Positions 51,645 through 64,000 of a stretch of DNA of 64,000 bases are shown piece by piece. Source of the DNA: Marsupella aquatica (Eukaryota > Plantae > Marchantiophyta); assembly GCA_973895155.1 (NCBI GenBank), contig OZ316896.1, forward strand, positions 19,394,754-19,458,753. Reading direction: 5' to 3'. Positions within the stretch are counted from its first letter, which is position 1; each line of letters begins with the position of its first letter. The position numbers and the translations under genes were made by a program. A model generated the notes under the pieces. That model made no database searches and was not told the origin of the DNA. It saw nothing but the letters and a program-made list of their open reading frames with translations.

Positions 51645-53142
51645 AGATCTCTTTTCAACGAATGTCATCAGGATGTTAGAATGTTGGCAAGCAAGAATTG
51701 TACAAAATTCAAATAGTGGTCTTGTTAGCTGGACCTCACAATGGAAACCGCAACGGTGAAGGGCCGGGAGCTTTGATTAGCGTATTTTTTCACGAATCTG
51801 TTTCCTTAGATGTCTAAATTGTCTAAGAAGGCATCTGATCGACGGAGACAGAATTATGCATTGTAAACCGCTGTGGAGGACCGCGTGAGCAAATAAATCA
51901 AGACTAGGAGCATGTTGCATATACAATCATTAAATTGAAATTATCAGCCGTACGTAGATTTCTTCGTCGCCTCTCTGAATTCTCAATTTGGGGATCGTTG
52001 TCTTAGAGGATTGGGCACGAGGTCTTTACCACGAGAAACTTTACAATAGATAAGAATTGTGCTCCCAGAGATTCGGCAAAGTTTCCGAAGTCTTCAAAGG
52101 GATATGTAAATCCTCCATTATATATGATCAATCACAAATCATAATTTTGTAATTTTTCGTCCTGAAAGTCGTTATTATTTCGTTTCTTGTTTGAGATGGC
52201 TTAATTTTGCATGGAGTATCTAACACAAGTCGTCGTTGAGTATTATTGGACCGTAGATACTGGGCTCAATTCGGTCCATTACTTGTCCGCAATTCAAGCG
52301 GTTGCTTCTCGGACTTGTTCAGAGCACTTTCTACTAAAAGTTATCTATTAGGGGGTTTCTGAATGAGACAATACTTTTTGAAGACCAAGTCTCACGCTCG
52401 TCATTAAAGTTGGTGTCTAGCTAGCTCACGTAGCCCATTATTGTGAGTACTTACTGTTTAGTGCCTTCGAAGTTCGAATCACGTAACTGGATAAAAGTGG
52501 GCCATAAGATTTCCATCCCCTTGGAAATATGATTTAAAACTTGTGTTGTTTAATAAATAAAAACAGTGACTAAACAATTTTCATAGAGAAACGAATGCCA
52601 AAGCGGACAGTCTTGACGACTCTCCTACTACACTTCGAGTGATTTACGGTAGTCTATAATTTGTCGTATCACCGCTAACTAGGGAGTTAAGGTACATCGA
52701 ATTGACTCCTTTGAGACCCCCTTTATATTGGAGTGATTCTACATAATTTCTGGACATCATTCGAATTGGTCTTTCTTTCTTTTCGGACACATCTTAATAT
52801 ATGTGATACACAAAAAATTGTTAATTTGATTTTGATACACGTTCCCCTACTGGAGTGATTTTACATCATTTGTGTACATCATGATTCTGGTCGATCTATC
52901 TTCTCGGCATTTCACACATCTGAATATACGTCTTACACAAGAAATTGATACACGGTCATGGCTACTTGACGGGGCTGTTTGATACCTTTGTAATTAGTAT
53001 CATTTTGGGTGCAGACATCTCGTCGTCTTAAGTTCCGAACAAGGGCTACAGTGAATATCGACTTGACAAAGTGTTAATTGGCTCTATCCATCCAACTTAA
53101 CACATGCACTACCGCAGACAAAGTAATCGTGACAATAAATCA

Positions 53143-53304
53143 GATTTATAGAGCGTGCATCTCGTCGTTACTGTTTAAATAGTGAAAAGTGAATTCGATT
53201 TATAGAGCGTGCATCTCGTCGTTATTGTTTAAATAGTGAAAAGTGAATTCGATTTATAGAGCGTGCATCTCGTCGTTATTGTTTAAATAGTGAAAAGTGA
53301 ATTC
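53143..53304. repeat. 54-bp tandem repeat x3
   Basis: GATTTATAGAGCGTGCATCTCGTCGTTAYTGTTTAAATAGTGAAAAGTGAATTC at 53143, 53197 and 53251. Confidence 0.95.
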
Positions 53305-54246
53305 TGATCTGCAAGTGCAGACCCCAACTTCGCACATTGGCACCATGCGAATTTTAAGCGCGTGGATCTCACGGGGTGACGGGGGCTTTACAAGAGGGTG
53401 GGGGACCGTTCAGTCTCTCTCCATCCAGAGCAAAGCTGGTGCCCGTTTCCTTCCACAAAAGTTAAAATGCCTGAGCCAAAATGTGTCAGGTTTGGAAGTA
53501 ATCAATGCAATTCACTGAAAATAAGCTACCGTTTGCTCCAGATTTTTAGATCACCTCAAGAAGAGGTCTAAGTTTTTGACAAAATAGCTTCTACACATCA
53601 GCAAAAAAAAGGACCCACAAGGGGCCCACTGACAGATAACTAGGTTCACTAATGCTTTTGGTTTATTGTGCCCCCAAGATGCTTTTGGTTCATTGTACCC
53701 CCAAGTTCATGTAAAGTGAAGTGTGGCCAGTTCCCACATATGAATGGCTAAGATTGCATCTTTCACTTAGAAAAAAATGAATTGCTGCCCCCAAGTTCTT
53801 GTAAAGCCACCCTCAAATACTTTCCAGCTTTCGGACCAGAACCGACTAAAGAAACTAAAGCGACAGTAGAAATGCCGGAAGGAAATTCGGAGAACCGAAG
53901 CACGTTGATTATCCAGAAGTCAGAAAGATTGTCAGAATACGAAGTCAAGCGATTTGAGATTCTTTAAACAAAAAATTTCCGTCGATCACAATGATTCCTG
54001 CTGAATTATTAAATCATTCCAACATCGGAACGCAGTGGACTTAAAAGTTCGGGTTGTTTGTACAATAATCCTGTTTCTCATAATTCAATATATATGCCCA
54101 GAAATTTGGATTTGCACAAGTAGTAATTCGATGAGATCGATATCGTCTATGTACATGTGTCCTTGATCAATCCTAACAACCGTTCCTACCATATGATACA
54201 CATGCAAAAAATGCTTTTTCAATAGCCGGTTACGACTTAATGACCT

Positions 54247-56439
54247 TTAAGCCTTTCGCCTTGGAGCAGTAGGAGCTCCTTTCCATCCGTCTAAGCACTG
54301 GAGGAGGGGACCAGCCAATTGACCTTCGGTCATGGCATCGTAAACTAGCTCAATATCTTCTCCTGGACACCTTGTCTCTGTACCTACTAGCAGCTTCGTG
54401 CCCAGCGATCTAACGAAATTGTACAGAGGAAAGCTTCGGCAGTCACTGATTCTATTGGGTACACTGGCAACACCACTGTCAAATTGACGTCGAATTTCTG
54501 GAACCGTTGCCTCAAGCTGACTTTTCACCTCCTCCTCGAACACCGAGATCCTTTTGAAAATGTCGGAGGTCTCATTTTCCTTTCGGAGACCGTGGTTAAC
54601 CAGAACTTGCCTCAGTTTCTGCATTAACGGGTAGGAGGCGCTAGTGGCATCGTCTATGTATGAAAATGGAGGCTGGTCATCCACCACTTTCAGAAGATCT
54701 CTCTCGTAAAAGCGAGACGTTAGAAGCGCACCATCGGCGCTGGAAAAGAGAGTCTTCTTGGCGGCCTGGGCCACGACATGCTTCACGCTCGCTTGCATGT
54801 TCTCTTCCAAATGCCTCAAATCGACCGCTTGGCACATTGCTACCAGAAATGTGGAAGACATCAGCTTCAAGATCTCAATCGCCTCTGCCGTCTTCCGAGC
54901 CGAAATCAGCCCAAGGGAGTTGACGTCCTGGTTGTGCTGCTCCGCACTCTGCACGTGTGTGGTCACCGGATTCGCAAGATACAGCAGCTCAGAACAGTAG
55001 GAAGCCATGGCTATTTCCGCTCCCTTGAAGCCGTAATCCAGGCTCGGATTCGGGCCTCCAGTCAGATTGGAAGGCAATCCGCTGTTGTAAAAGTCGTTCA
55101 CGAGTTCAGACATCTGGGCAAAAATCAGCTTTCCCAGAGCTGAAATTGCGAGACGCATGTTATCCATAGACACTCCGATTGGAGTTCCTTGAAAGTTCCC
55201 TCCATGCAGGGCCAGATCTCTGGAAACATCAATGAGCGGGTTGTCGTTCACGGAGTTAATCTCACGCTCGATGGCATGGGTTGCCGCGCGGATGACCTCA
55301 ATTTGAGGACCCAACCATTGCGGTGACGTTCTCAAGGCATACCGATCCTGCTTGGGCTTCTTCAAAGGATCTGTCTCGTGCAGTTTCGCAGCTGCCTTCA
55401 TGTAGGAGCTGCCTTCGAGCACGTATTCCATGATGGCTGCTGCCTCGATCTGCCCAGGGTGATGCTTGAGCTTGTGAGTCAAGTGATCGGTGAACTCTGG
55501 TTTGCCTTGCATCACCTCACAAAACAATGCGGATGATACCTCTGCAAACAATGCCAAGACGTTGGCGTCGTAGCAGACAGTGGAGGCCAGTCCAGAACCT
55601 ACTGCGGTACCATTCACCATAGCTAGTCCTTCTTTAGGCTTCAGCTCAAAGGGCTTCAGAAGTCCGCACATTTTCATGGCTTCATGGGAAGTCACGACCT
55701 TCCCATCTTCAGTGACCGCTCTAGAGTTGGACCTGCCGGTAAGAATTCCAGCGATGTAGGAAAGAGGGACCAGGTCCCCTGATGCGGTGATTGTGCCTCT
55801 GAGGGGCAGCTTGGGAGTTATTTGCTTGTTCAGAAGCTTCTGCAGAGTCTGAAGAACTTCCCAGCGAATTCCCGAGTAACCCTGGAGCAAAGTGTTGGTC
55901 CTCACCAGCATTGCAGCTCGAGTGGTGGCCACGTCCAGCACGTTGGCTGGGTCCTTACCAAGCACTCCTGCATTGAGGAAGCGAATGAGTTCCTTCTGGA
56001 GCTCCTCGCCCTGGTTAGTTCGTCGGTGAGAAGTGGCCCCAAAGCCCGTTGTGACGCCGTAGGTGTCAGTTCCCTTCATCGAGTGGGAGAGCACCCAATT
56101 CGAGCTCTCATCCACTCTCTCCTTGGCAGCTGCAGCGTCGAGTACCACTGACACGGACGGTCGTCTCGCCACAGCTGTAACCTGAGCCACACTGAGGGTC
56201 ACTCCCTGAATTACAACCTCCTTCGTCTCCTCAAATTCTTCCACCATGTGCTTCACTTCCTCCCAGTGGCTCCGCTGCATTGCCTGGGATGCTCGTCCCC
56301 AGTATAGGGGGTCGGCATCTTGATTCTCAAATTGCATCGCGTTTCCTTTAGAAGAAGGTCTGGGACTCAGACAGAGCTGAGCCGGCCAGCCAGTGAGGCT
56401 AGTGGCGCAAGGCTGCTGGGTTGCTACTTCCATCGCCAT
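54247..56439 (-). CDS. PAL: Phenylalanine ammonia-lyase (PAL2), 730 aa, intronless
   Basis: ASG (MIO) motif and all PAL motifs are present. Almost identical to PAL1 after residue ~45. First ATG at 56439. Confidence 0.97.
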   Translation of the reverse strand: MAMEVATQQPCATSLTGWPAQLCLSPRPSSKGNAMQFENQDADPLYWGRASQAMQRSHWEEVKHMVEEFEETKEVVIQGVTLSVAQVTAVARRPSVSVVLDAAAAKERVDESSNWVLSHSMKGTDTYGVTTGFGATSHRRTNQGEELQKELIRFLNAGVLGKDPANVLDVATTRAAMLVRTNTLLQGYSGIRWEVLQTLQKLLNKQITPKLPLRGTITASGDLVPLSYIAGILTGRSNSRAVTEDGKVVTSHEAMKMCGLLKPFELKPKEGLAMVNGTAVGSGLASTVCYDANVLALFAEVSSALFCEVMQGKPEFTDHLTHKLKHHPGQIEAAAIMEYVLEGSSYMKAAAKLHETDPLKKPKQDRYALRTSPQWLGPQIEVIRAATHAIEREINSVNDNPLIDVSRDLALHGGNFQGTPIGVSMDNMRLAISALGKLIFAQMSELVNDFYNSGLPSNLTGGPNPSLDYGFKGAEIAMASYCSELLYLANPVTTHVQSAEQHNQDVNSLGLISARKTAEAIEILKLMSSTFLVAMCQAVDLRHLEENMQASVKHVVAQAAKKTLFSSADGALLTSRFYERDLLKVVDDQPPFSYIDDATSASYPLMQKLRQVLVNHGLRKENETSDIFKRISVFEEEVKSQLEATVPEIRRQFDSGVASVPNRISDCRSFPLYNFVRSLGTKLLVGTETRCPGEDIELVYDAMTEGQLAGPLLQCLDGWKGAPTAPRRKA

Positions 56440-56745
56440 GGCCACAGAATTACAGCTAAAGTCTCAAATTGAATTTCAAGAGCTTAGCTCAAATTCGGCA
56501 ACACTCGTGAATACGTTGTATGGTCTATCTAGCTCGGTAACTGAGCTGCAGAATTTTGCTTGGAAATAAATCTGTTCTCTTGGAGAATGCCGTTTCGTCC
56601 CAATGAATGGAACACTGAGGATGGATTTCAAACGGCGACGAGATGACTACAGACGATCGAAAAGGGACAATTGGGAAACAAAGAATTTCCCCTGAACTGC
56701 TGAGACAATCCGTGTCTAGGCTTGAGTGAAATAGGGGAGAAGCCC

Positions 56746-56762
56746 TCGATATATATATCGTG
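56746..56762 (-). promoter_or_regulatory. Probable TATA box of PAL2
   Basis: CGATATATATATCG about 310 bp upstream of the PAL2 ATG. Confidence 0.4.
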
Positions 56763-59700
56763 ATAAGCCTGTATGGATGCTCGCACCGCTGGACGGTGTT
56801 GTACCATATCAGGCGCTTCGAAGACTTGGACGACGTGGGAATTGTGCGGAAAATAGTCTGAGCAGGAGGTCCATGGATTTGACTAGGCACTGAACACTCT
56901 CCGCCAGTGATGGTCACTGGGGCAGAAGACTTTATCAACTTGCTTTTTTGTTTCTACTCTTCTGTGTGAGCAAAGGTCTACGCAACACCGCCACTAGTGT
57001 AGTCAAATGATTCCGGACAAATCTCATCTAGGGGGCCTCAAATGTTAAAATGGATGGACCTACTTGACATAGACGGAAAAAGTTATGGACTGTCAGATTC
57101 ATCATTTTTTGTTATAAAGATTGGTCATAAGCCATGAGCATGAGTCATTGTAGAGGCGAATGAAAACAGACAAAAAATTACAACCCTGTGAAAAAGTTAT
57201 GGTCATTCAAAAGCCATTGTCTCTAATTGTGAAGCTTTTAGACGCGCTGAGGCACCGGTCCACGGAGAGACTTAACTATGGTGGGGTATGAGTCCCTCAA
57301 TCAAGGCTCAACAAATTTAATATGCTCACCATGCCAGGGCAGAATTTCACTTTCGGGCTTTTCAAGTATGGGGCAATGTAAAAATAATCCATTTTGAAAC
57401 CTGACACCATTCAAGAATGATAAATCAGTGTTTCAAAATGCCTAGTGTTCCTAAAAATATGTATTAAAAATTGTGTCATGTGGAGCCGAGATAGGACCAA
57501 GCAGGGTGAACAGTGTAAAACTATTCCACAAGCCCTTAAGGAGTGGGCGAACCAAGTACACCAGACACCAAGAACGACGAAAGTGGACCAAAGAAAAACA
57601 AATGTAGTTTTGGATTGAAAAAGTGGCCATATGTAAGTTCTGGAGCCTGGGAAGACAGCGAAGTTCACCCTCATCAAGTTATTCGAATCAGGTGCAATGC
57701 CAGCTAGTTCAATGGACAGCTATGGGTTCCCATCGAAGTAGGTAGCTAGGTCATAGAGGAATGGGGGTGGACTGAGTTACATGGAATTGAGTCAAACATC
57801 AACCTTCCCACTTGACACTTGACACTCACGACTTGACACTTGAGAAAAAACTCGAGACCTGTCGGCTCCATAGATCCACAAGAGTGTGGACACGAGAGAA
57901 CGAGAGACTCAAAGATCACGCAATTTGAATATGCAGAAGTGTAAATTTCCTAACGCCAGAGCGGAGTATATATGAATGACACTCAGGATGGACCTCTGTC
58001 CTTATCCCACCGTTGTCCTGCGGCAGCTATGTGACAACGGTAAAAGACTAACAAAGCGGCTTACTGTAAGAATGTCTCTACTATATGTAAACTGCTGACT
58101 AAAGTACATCTGGAAGGACGGGAAGAAGTTTTGAAGAGCATAAACAGAAAGGGAAACTTTTACAAGACCTCTCTCCTTAGCACGAAGGGACTGCTAGTAA
58201 GTAAGACCTGACAAGAAACATCATTTTGAGGCCCCTAAGTGGAAGCAGGATGCGGGCACTGGGCAGTATCTAGGAGATGGGACCCTTTGGATTGCTAGTA
58301 ATGAGTTCGCAAGGATACTGCTATTGTCATTGTCAGATTGAGAGTGGGCCAACAAGAACACTCTCGCCCTTCTAACGTCCCGGTTTTGGGACAGCGATGG
58401 TGTGATGGAAGTGTTTGGGCAACCAGCGTCCATTTTCGCATACAGACAAAGCTACCAGCGCTTTCTATCCGTTCTCCTCAGCTCTACCAGGTATCCGTTC
58501 TCCTCAGCTCTACCAGGCTCTAACAGTTTGCCGAAAGGGAGAGTTTAGGTTCATATATGTGTCTCTGGTTGTTCTTGTGCAGGGCATATGCCCTGGTCCT
58601 TCTGGCTTTTTGGCCGTTTCGTTGTTCTCCCTTGATTGGGATTTTTGCAACATATGATAACTCCAGCTCGAATTGTTTCTAGGTACTTAGGAAGTCCAAT
58701 GCTTAGACGGATAGCAAGGAGGTCCCTCTTCGTCAGAGCGAAAGTTTGTAGCTACCGTTGGAGATCATAATTTGACAGCCTGGGAAAGTTTTCAAAGTCG
58801 CTAGACAACAATTATTGTGTTCCCGAAAAGATGCATATTTGTTCCGAGTACAGATATACGTATACAGGAGTGCACGGGCACCCTCGTTAAACAATACCTA
58901 TTGGCCATGTTCACACACCCTAGAGGTCAAATTGAAGTCGCTTGGACAGTTCAATCATCGGTGGTCGGATTTCCAATCAATTGAATTCTTTATTTATCCT
59001 CTGCGCGCACCGATTTGAAGACGGGACGATTTATTATCTACTAACAGTGACTTCATCAGAGGTGGCGCTTTTACAATGGGATGGATGTTGTATAGACATT
59101 ACAAAGTAACCCATCCAGACTTCGAATTAGATTCTTTTTAGTTCCTCGCTCTTGTCCGTCAAAAGTTACGCTATTCCCCTCAATCATCCGGTAGTCTATA
59201 TATCAGTTACTAGAAGAATACCGGAATGTTATATTCTATTTACTTCCAATTCAGCGTGATGTCACATGTCGTCATTGTGACCGAACGGCTGAAATTTAGG
59301 ATAACCTCATTGCGTAGCAGCAACAATATCTCGACCAGGCCAAATGTCAATTTTCCGCAACCGTCCACAGGCCATCACCCTACGGCGTATTTGCAGAAAG
59401 AAGAGACTACTTACTCATGAAACTTACCAGTTGAATCCTCGGGTTGAAGCTTTTGTTTTAATTAGGACCGACCCAAGACTTTAAGTTCCACTACTAACTG
59501 TCTTCGCGAATTCCCGGTCCGCGTCAGGAACTTTGAATTAGACCCAAAATTTGGCACGCTCCCCATCTCGAAATCGTTTAGAACCAAGCCTGTCACCTAG
59601 CTACTGACCACAATTGACCAGGAAGTCACGCCTTCAGTCAATCACAAATACCTACAAGATTGCCAGAAAGCGAACACTGAAGCCGCTCGACAGATCGGGT

Positions 59701-60519
59701 CCAGGATACCTCGTGGTGGTAGGTGGGTTAATGAGTAGGTACAGTAAGCGCTTTATCAACTGAATTTTATTGGAGTTTCAAGATAAAAATTAAAGTCCTT
59801 GAACGCAGGTCAATCACAGGCATCGTCCCCACTGTGGCTGCCCGAGCTACATACATGATACTGTTTTTGATTGTATAATTCATGGAAATTAATTGCTCAA
59901 GGGCAAGTAAAAATGAATTAAGCTATTAACATTGAACAAGGGAGTTGCAAGAATATAGTCCGCATTGTCAATCCTTAATCTGGAATTAGTACGTGTTTTC
60001 TGTGATTGAGGTCCACATTATATTCTGGCCACTTTTGTATAGACTCGTCTGGCTTTCTATCTAGTTAAGTGGCTGGTGGATACGGTTCATTTAAGAACAT
60101 GAGAATGATGATACGCAAGCTAGCTTGGATGTTCTAATACGTACTGTAGATTGAGGTTTTACTCGGAATGTTGACATAACAACAGTAGGGGTCGACATCA
60201 AACTTGATTTTTGCAATAGTACTAGAAAGAAATATCGAGAGGGGCCCTCATATATCATTGAGGGCTACAAGTGTGTTCTGTAATTCTCTCACTTACATGA
60301 ATGATATTTTGAGCAAGCAAAAGGCCGCTTCTTGAAAATCGATATTGGTTTTTGCTTAGAGCCCTTTGTCTCCCCTTGCATCTTGTCATCCCGTTCTCTT
60401 TCCTTACAGGCAGTTGTCCTCGATGCACTAGCTGGCAACATACAGTCACTCTCTTGCACGGTCACTCGAGTTCATGGCCGAAAAGAAATAAGAAAAGGAC
60501 GGTATCAGTCGACGGTAGG

Positions 60520-61326
60520 TATCTCGCAAACCGGGTGACCAGTCATGTGCAGAGCTGTGAGCTCATGTCGTCTACATTCCTTGTTGCTCTCTGCCAAGCG
60601 GTGGATTTGAGGCATTTAGAGGAGAACATGCAACCCAGCGTGAAGCAAACTGTCAAGCTGTGTGCAAAGAAGACTCTCTTTGCTGGCGAAGACGGTGCCC
60701 TTCTACCATCTCGTTTCTGCGAGAAAGATTTTCTGAAATATTGAAGATCAGCCCCCATTTTCGAACATAGACGATGCTACCAGCGCCACCTATCCTTTGA
60801 TGGAGATGCTTTAGACAAGTTCTTGTTAAGCATGCTCTGGACAAGGATGATGAGAGTTCCAGCATCTTCAAGACTTATATATCACCAAAAGGCAAAAAAT
60901 GCCAAACCTGGAACACCAAACCGGGAGATATGATTCCAAAGGCAAAGCAACCCAAATAAGCGGAGAAAATGAGGGGAAAAGGCCCAAGGAAAAACAAGCC
61001 AAGGGAGCCAAACCAAAAGAGGATTGAGGTGTTTGAGAAAGAGCTGAAAGGTCAGTTAGAGGGGACCGTGCCTGAAGTACGACGACAATTTCGACAATGG
61101 TGCTGCCGCTGTACCAAACAGAATCACCGACTGCAGAAGCTTTCCTCTGTACAATTTCGTTAGGTCGCTGGACACTAAGCTTTTGGTAGGTACTGAGACT
61201 AGGTCTCCAGGTCAAGATATTGAGCTAACTTACGACGCCATTACGGAAGGTCAGCTTGCTCGTCCCTTGCTGGAATGCTTGGATGGGTGGAAAGGTGCTC
61301 CGATTGCTCCTATCAGAAGGGCATAG
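60520..61326 (+). pseudogene. PAL pseudogene (3' third only), with a deletion, frameshifts and a ~143-bp insertion
   Basis: [43 protein letters not shown]..; RIEVFEKELKGQLEGTVPEVRRQF; ..[17 protein letters not shown]. Insertion at ~60874-61016 flanked by AAGA. Confidence 0.92.
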
Positions 61327-61327
61327 A

Positions 61328-61641
61328 TGCACATTAAATCTACCCATTTTCCTGGGGCCTCTACAAGGTGTTAATGCTCCCCCATCTACAAGGTGTTAAT
61401 GCTCCCCATCTACAAGGTGTTAATGCTCCCCCATTTTCCTTTACCCGGCCTCTACATTGTGGTAATGCTCCCCAGTTTCCCGGGCCTCTAGAAGTTGTTA
61501 ATGCTCCCCCATTTTCCTGGGGCCCTGTACATTGCCCAAATCTCCCAATGTTGTTGCCCACTCCCGCCCGAGTTTGACAAAACATAAACCAAGACTCCAC
61601 CATTTTGTCACCCGTTCCGGCCCAATCAACTTTGTGTCATT
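61328..61641. mobile_element. Partial copy of the 12103-13125 foldback-element TIR, with amplified TTAATGCTCCCC subrepeats
   Basis: CCGAGTTT..AACATAAACCAA..CCGGCCCAATCAACTTTGTGTCATT is shared with 12205-12278. Tandem CTACAAGGTGTTAATGCTCCCC units. Confidence 0.75.
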
Positions 61642-61659
61642 TACTTAAGGTTTATATTT

Positions 61660-62490
61660 TCCCTACCTGTTTGACCACATCATGGGGGTTGAGTATGGGG
61701 TCCTCCCGTTTCAGGTTTGCCTCCGCCTGGCCTGTTCTCTTCTCTTCTGCCAGAGGTTATGCAGGCCAATGTTCCAGCTTTTGTGGAGGTGGTCTTTGAC
61801 AGTCATAATCATGTTCAACAGGTGATTTTAATTTGATCCACATGCACATCACACCCTTTCCAACTGACATGCTCTCCAATGCACCTTTTCACTCAGTTTG
61901 GGCTCGCCTTTGCATGGAATCTGGTTTTGGAGCCTGGCTGTCTGCTAGTCCTTCATGTGCCCCTTTTGAATAAGCTCTTTTCTCCTTACCACTTCATTGC
62001 ACCTTTGGCTAGGATTGACTTCCTCACCCCTGCCTTTTTGGTAAACCCACAATCTGTGGGGGTGTAGTTGGATCCTATGGGAGTTCATATCCTTAAGTGC
62101 AGCCATGGGAGCGAGGGGACTGTCACACATGATGACATCCATGACGTGGTGGCTGTCATTGCTCGGGACTTTGGATCTATACCATGTCGCTATGGAGCAA
62201 CAACATCTGCTTCCCCCTCAAGATGGTATTCCTGACCAGCGGGTGGACTGACTGGTCTTTTTTAGGGCTGGAGTTCATTCTATATATAGGAGATTTTCAC
62301 TCAAAACGCGAGTTGTGATATGCAACTTACCTCCCTTGGGCTAAGGCCCCAAATTTGGCTTGTTGGACCTGTTGGTCTTTATAGGGCGTTTTCTCGGGCT
62401 TTCCTTTCCACCCTTTCGTGGGCCCTTTCCCATTGGGATGTCTCGGGTTCAGCATTTTTACCTTTTGGCACTGTGATAAATATATAGCTA
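61660..62490 (+). mobile_element. Degenerate CRE-like non-LTR retrotransposon remnant
   Basis: Frames read GAWLSASPS and LDPMGVHILKCSHGSEGTVTHDDIHDVV..EQQHLLPPQDGIPDQRVD, matching DTTGVHLLRCSLEGETIIVHDAVRD..RVD of ORF 18138. T-rich tail ending in TATATA near 62485. Confidence 0.7.
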
Positions 62491-63699
62491 GCTATCCCAA
62501 CTTATTCCCATGTGCCATGCATTGCAAGTATAGCTACTCTTCCTTTCCATTGGTTCTCCCATGAAATGAGTACATTCCATGAAAATGACTAAATTACTTG
62601 AAAAATTGAATATGTATTTGAATGAAGGTTGCAATGGGTTGAGGGCCAAATTTTGAACAATTATTTTAAAAATACTTTTAAAAACCACTCAGGAGAAGAA
62701 ACATGAATAAACACAAAGAGAGTTATGCATGAGTGAAAAGCTTGAAAAAGGTACAAAACTTCGATATGAAATAAAGACAACGAGAGTTATCTATGCCTAC
62801 TATACAATAAAGTACAAGAAAACATTATAGAGTTATATATGTTAGTAAAATTTTGGTAAATTCAGTCATAAAATATTAGAATAAAAAAATTAAGATTATT
62901 TATTTATTTTACGTGAACTCAAATAAATATTTTAAACTTGGAAGATATGTCAATTTCAGGGTTTGATAAAGATAGAGTTTGGGAACTTACTATTGTTACC
63001 TAAGTTTGTGAAATTTATAAATATGATAAATGATATGTAAAGCAGGGTAGCACTTAGTTTGAGGATATTTATATTGTACGAGCTTTGTGCGAGACAGTTT
63101 AAAGATAAATAATCTAACATAAGACTCATTTAAAATTTCTAATAAAAAAAATTATATGCTTTTGATCCCTCTTTTGATTCAAAAAACTTTTACTATGCTA
63201 TTTTAGGGATAAATGATTTAACTGATCTCTTGAATGTATGCAAGACAGTGTAAATTGTAACAGGAAAAATTAGATGATTTGAAGACTAAAAGTTTATCAT
63301 GGTGCATTTTATGTTTTTGAGGACTCAAAGTGATAGCATGTTACATAGCCAGGGCATTACTTCACCACATTAAGGTTTTGCAAAATAAAAGATGTTTTAA
63401 AGTTTATTTTTGGTATTTTTTATTTTTTAAAGATTTTTGAGCAAAAGTTCTTTTAATTTGGTCCTAAGACCCATCCTTATTGGCTTCTTGTTCTATGAGG
63501 TGTGCACATAAGGTACACATATACTCACTTGTCTTAGTTAATGACAGTCAGCCATCAATGAAAACCATAAATTTAGGAACAAATCAAGGAGAGCTTACAA
63601 TAGGATGTGCATATGTGAAATTCTCAAAGATAAATTTATGATGAATGAAGATTGAAAACAACAATGGGCTCACTGTGCTCACCTCAAGGGTGAGACATA

Positions 63700-64000
63700 T
63701 TAAGATCGAGGCTAAGCAATCCGATTAGCATTGATTAGCCCGTACCTAGCTGCCGGCTGCCCACTTTTCTTGATGCTGGTATGAGGACTAAATACTATGT
63801 GTGAATTTGTGTGGGCACCAGCTGCCCCCCAAGCTGCCCCCAGGCTGGGTGGTAGAGGAGCTCGCTGGGGCCAGGGAGGTCTCAAGTTCCAATCCTGCTG
63901 GCGACCTTAAACCTTAAACCCCAGGCTCCATGGTAGAGGGGCTCGCTTGGGCTGGGGAGGTTTCAAGTTCAAATCTTGCGGACAATGATAGCTTTTGTCA
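63700..64000 (+). repeat. Dispersed repeat with a duplicated tRNA-like head (SINE-like), copy 2
   Basis: Homologous to 19960-20165. Two TGGTAGAGG.GCTCGC..GGAGGT.TCAAGTTC.AATC units. Confidence 0.65.

Overview
Eukaryotic plant DNA, most likely a bryophyte such as a liverwort (inferred from the bryophyte-type type III PKS and the intronless PAL genes). The host content is a phenylpropanoid/polyketide locus: two intronless CHS/STCS-like type III polyketide synthases (8364-9530 minus; 50478-51644 plus), two near-identical intronless PAL genes in inverted orientation (24541-26736 plus; 54247-56439 minus), a PAL pseudogene, and a decayed tandem copy of a PKS 3' end. Transposons fill the intervals: a young full-length Ty1/copia element (29765-36463), a Mutator-like non-autonomous element, a long-TIR foldback element, several CRE-clade non-LTR fragments and tRNA-like repeats. 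The most striking feature is an apparently intact 9.76-kb DNA transposon (38990-48753; perfect 15-bp TIRs, 8-bp TSD TATGCCTT). It encodes a spliced 1490-aa P-element-like DDE transposase and carries cargo: a stand-alone EDM2-type multi-PHD ORF, a second ING-like PHD ORF, a ~0.9-kb GAGTGAAGG motif array and a perfectly paired D-armless tRNA-like fold just after the transposase stop. I propose this as a candidate transposon-borne chromatin-reader/anti-silencing system. All family assignments are by motif recognition only; no searches were run.
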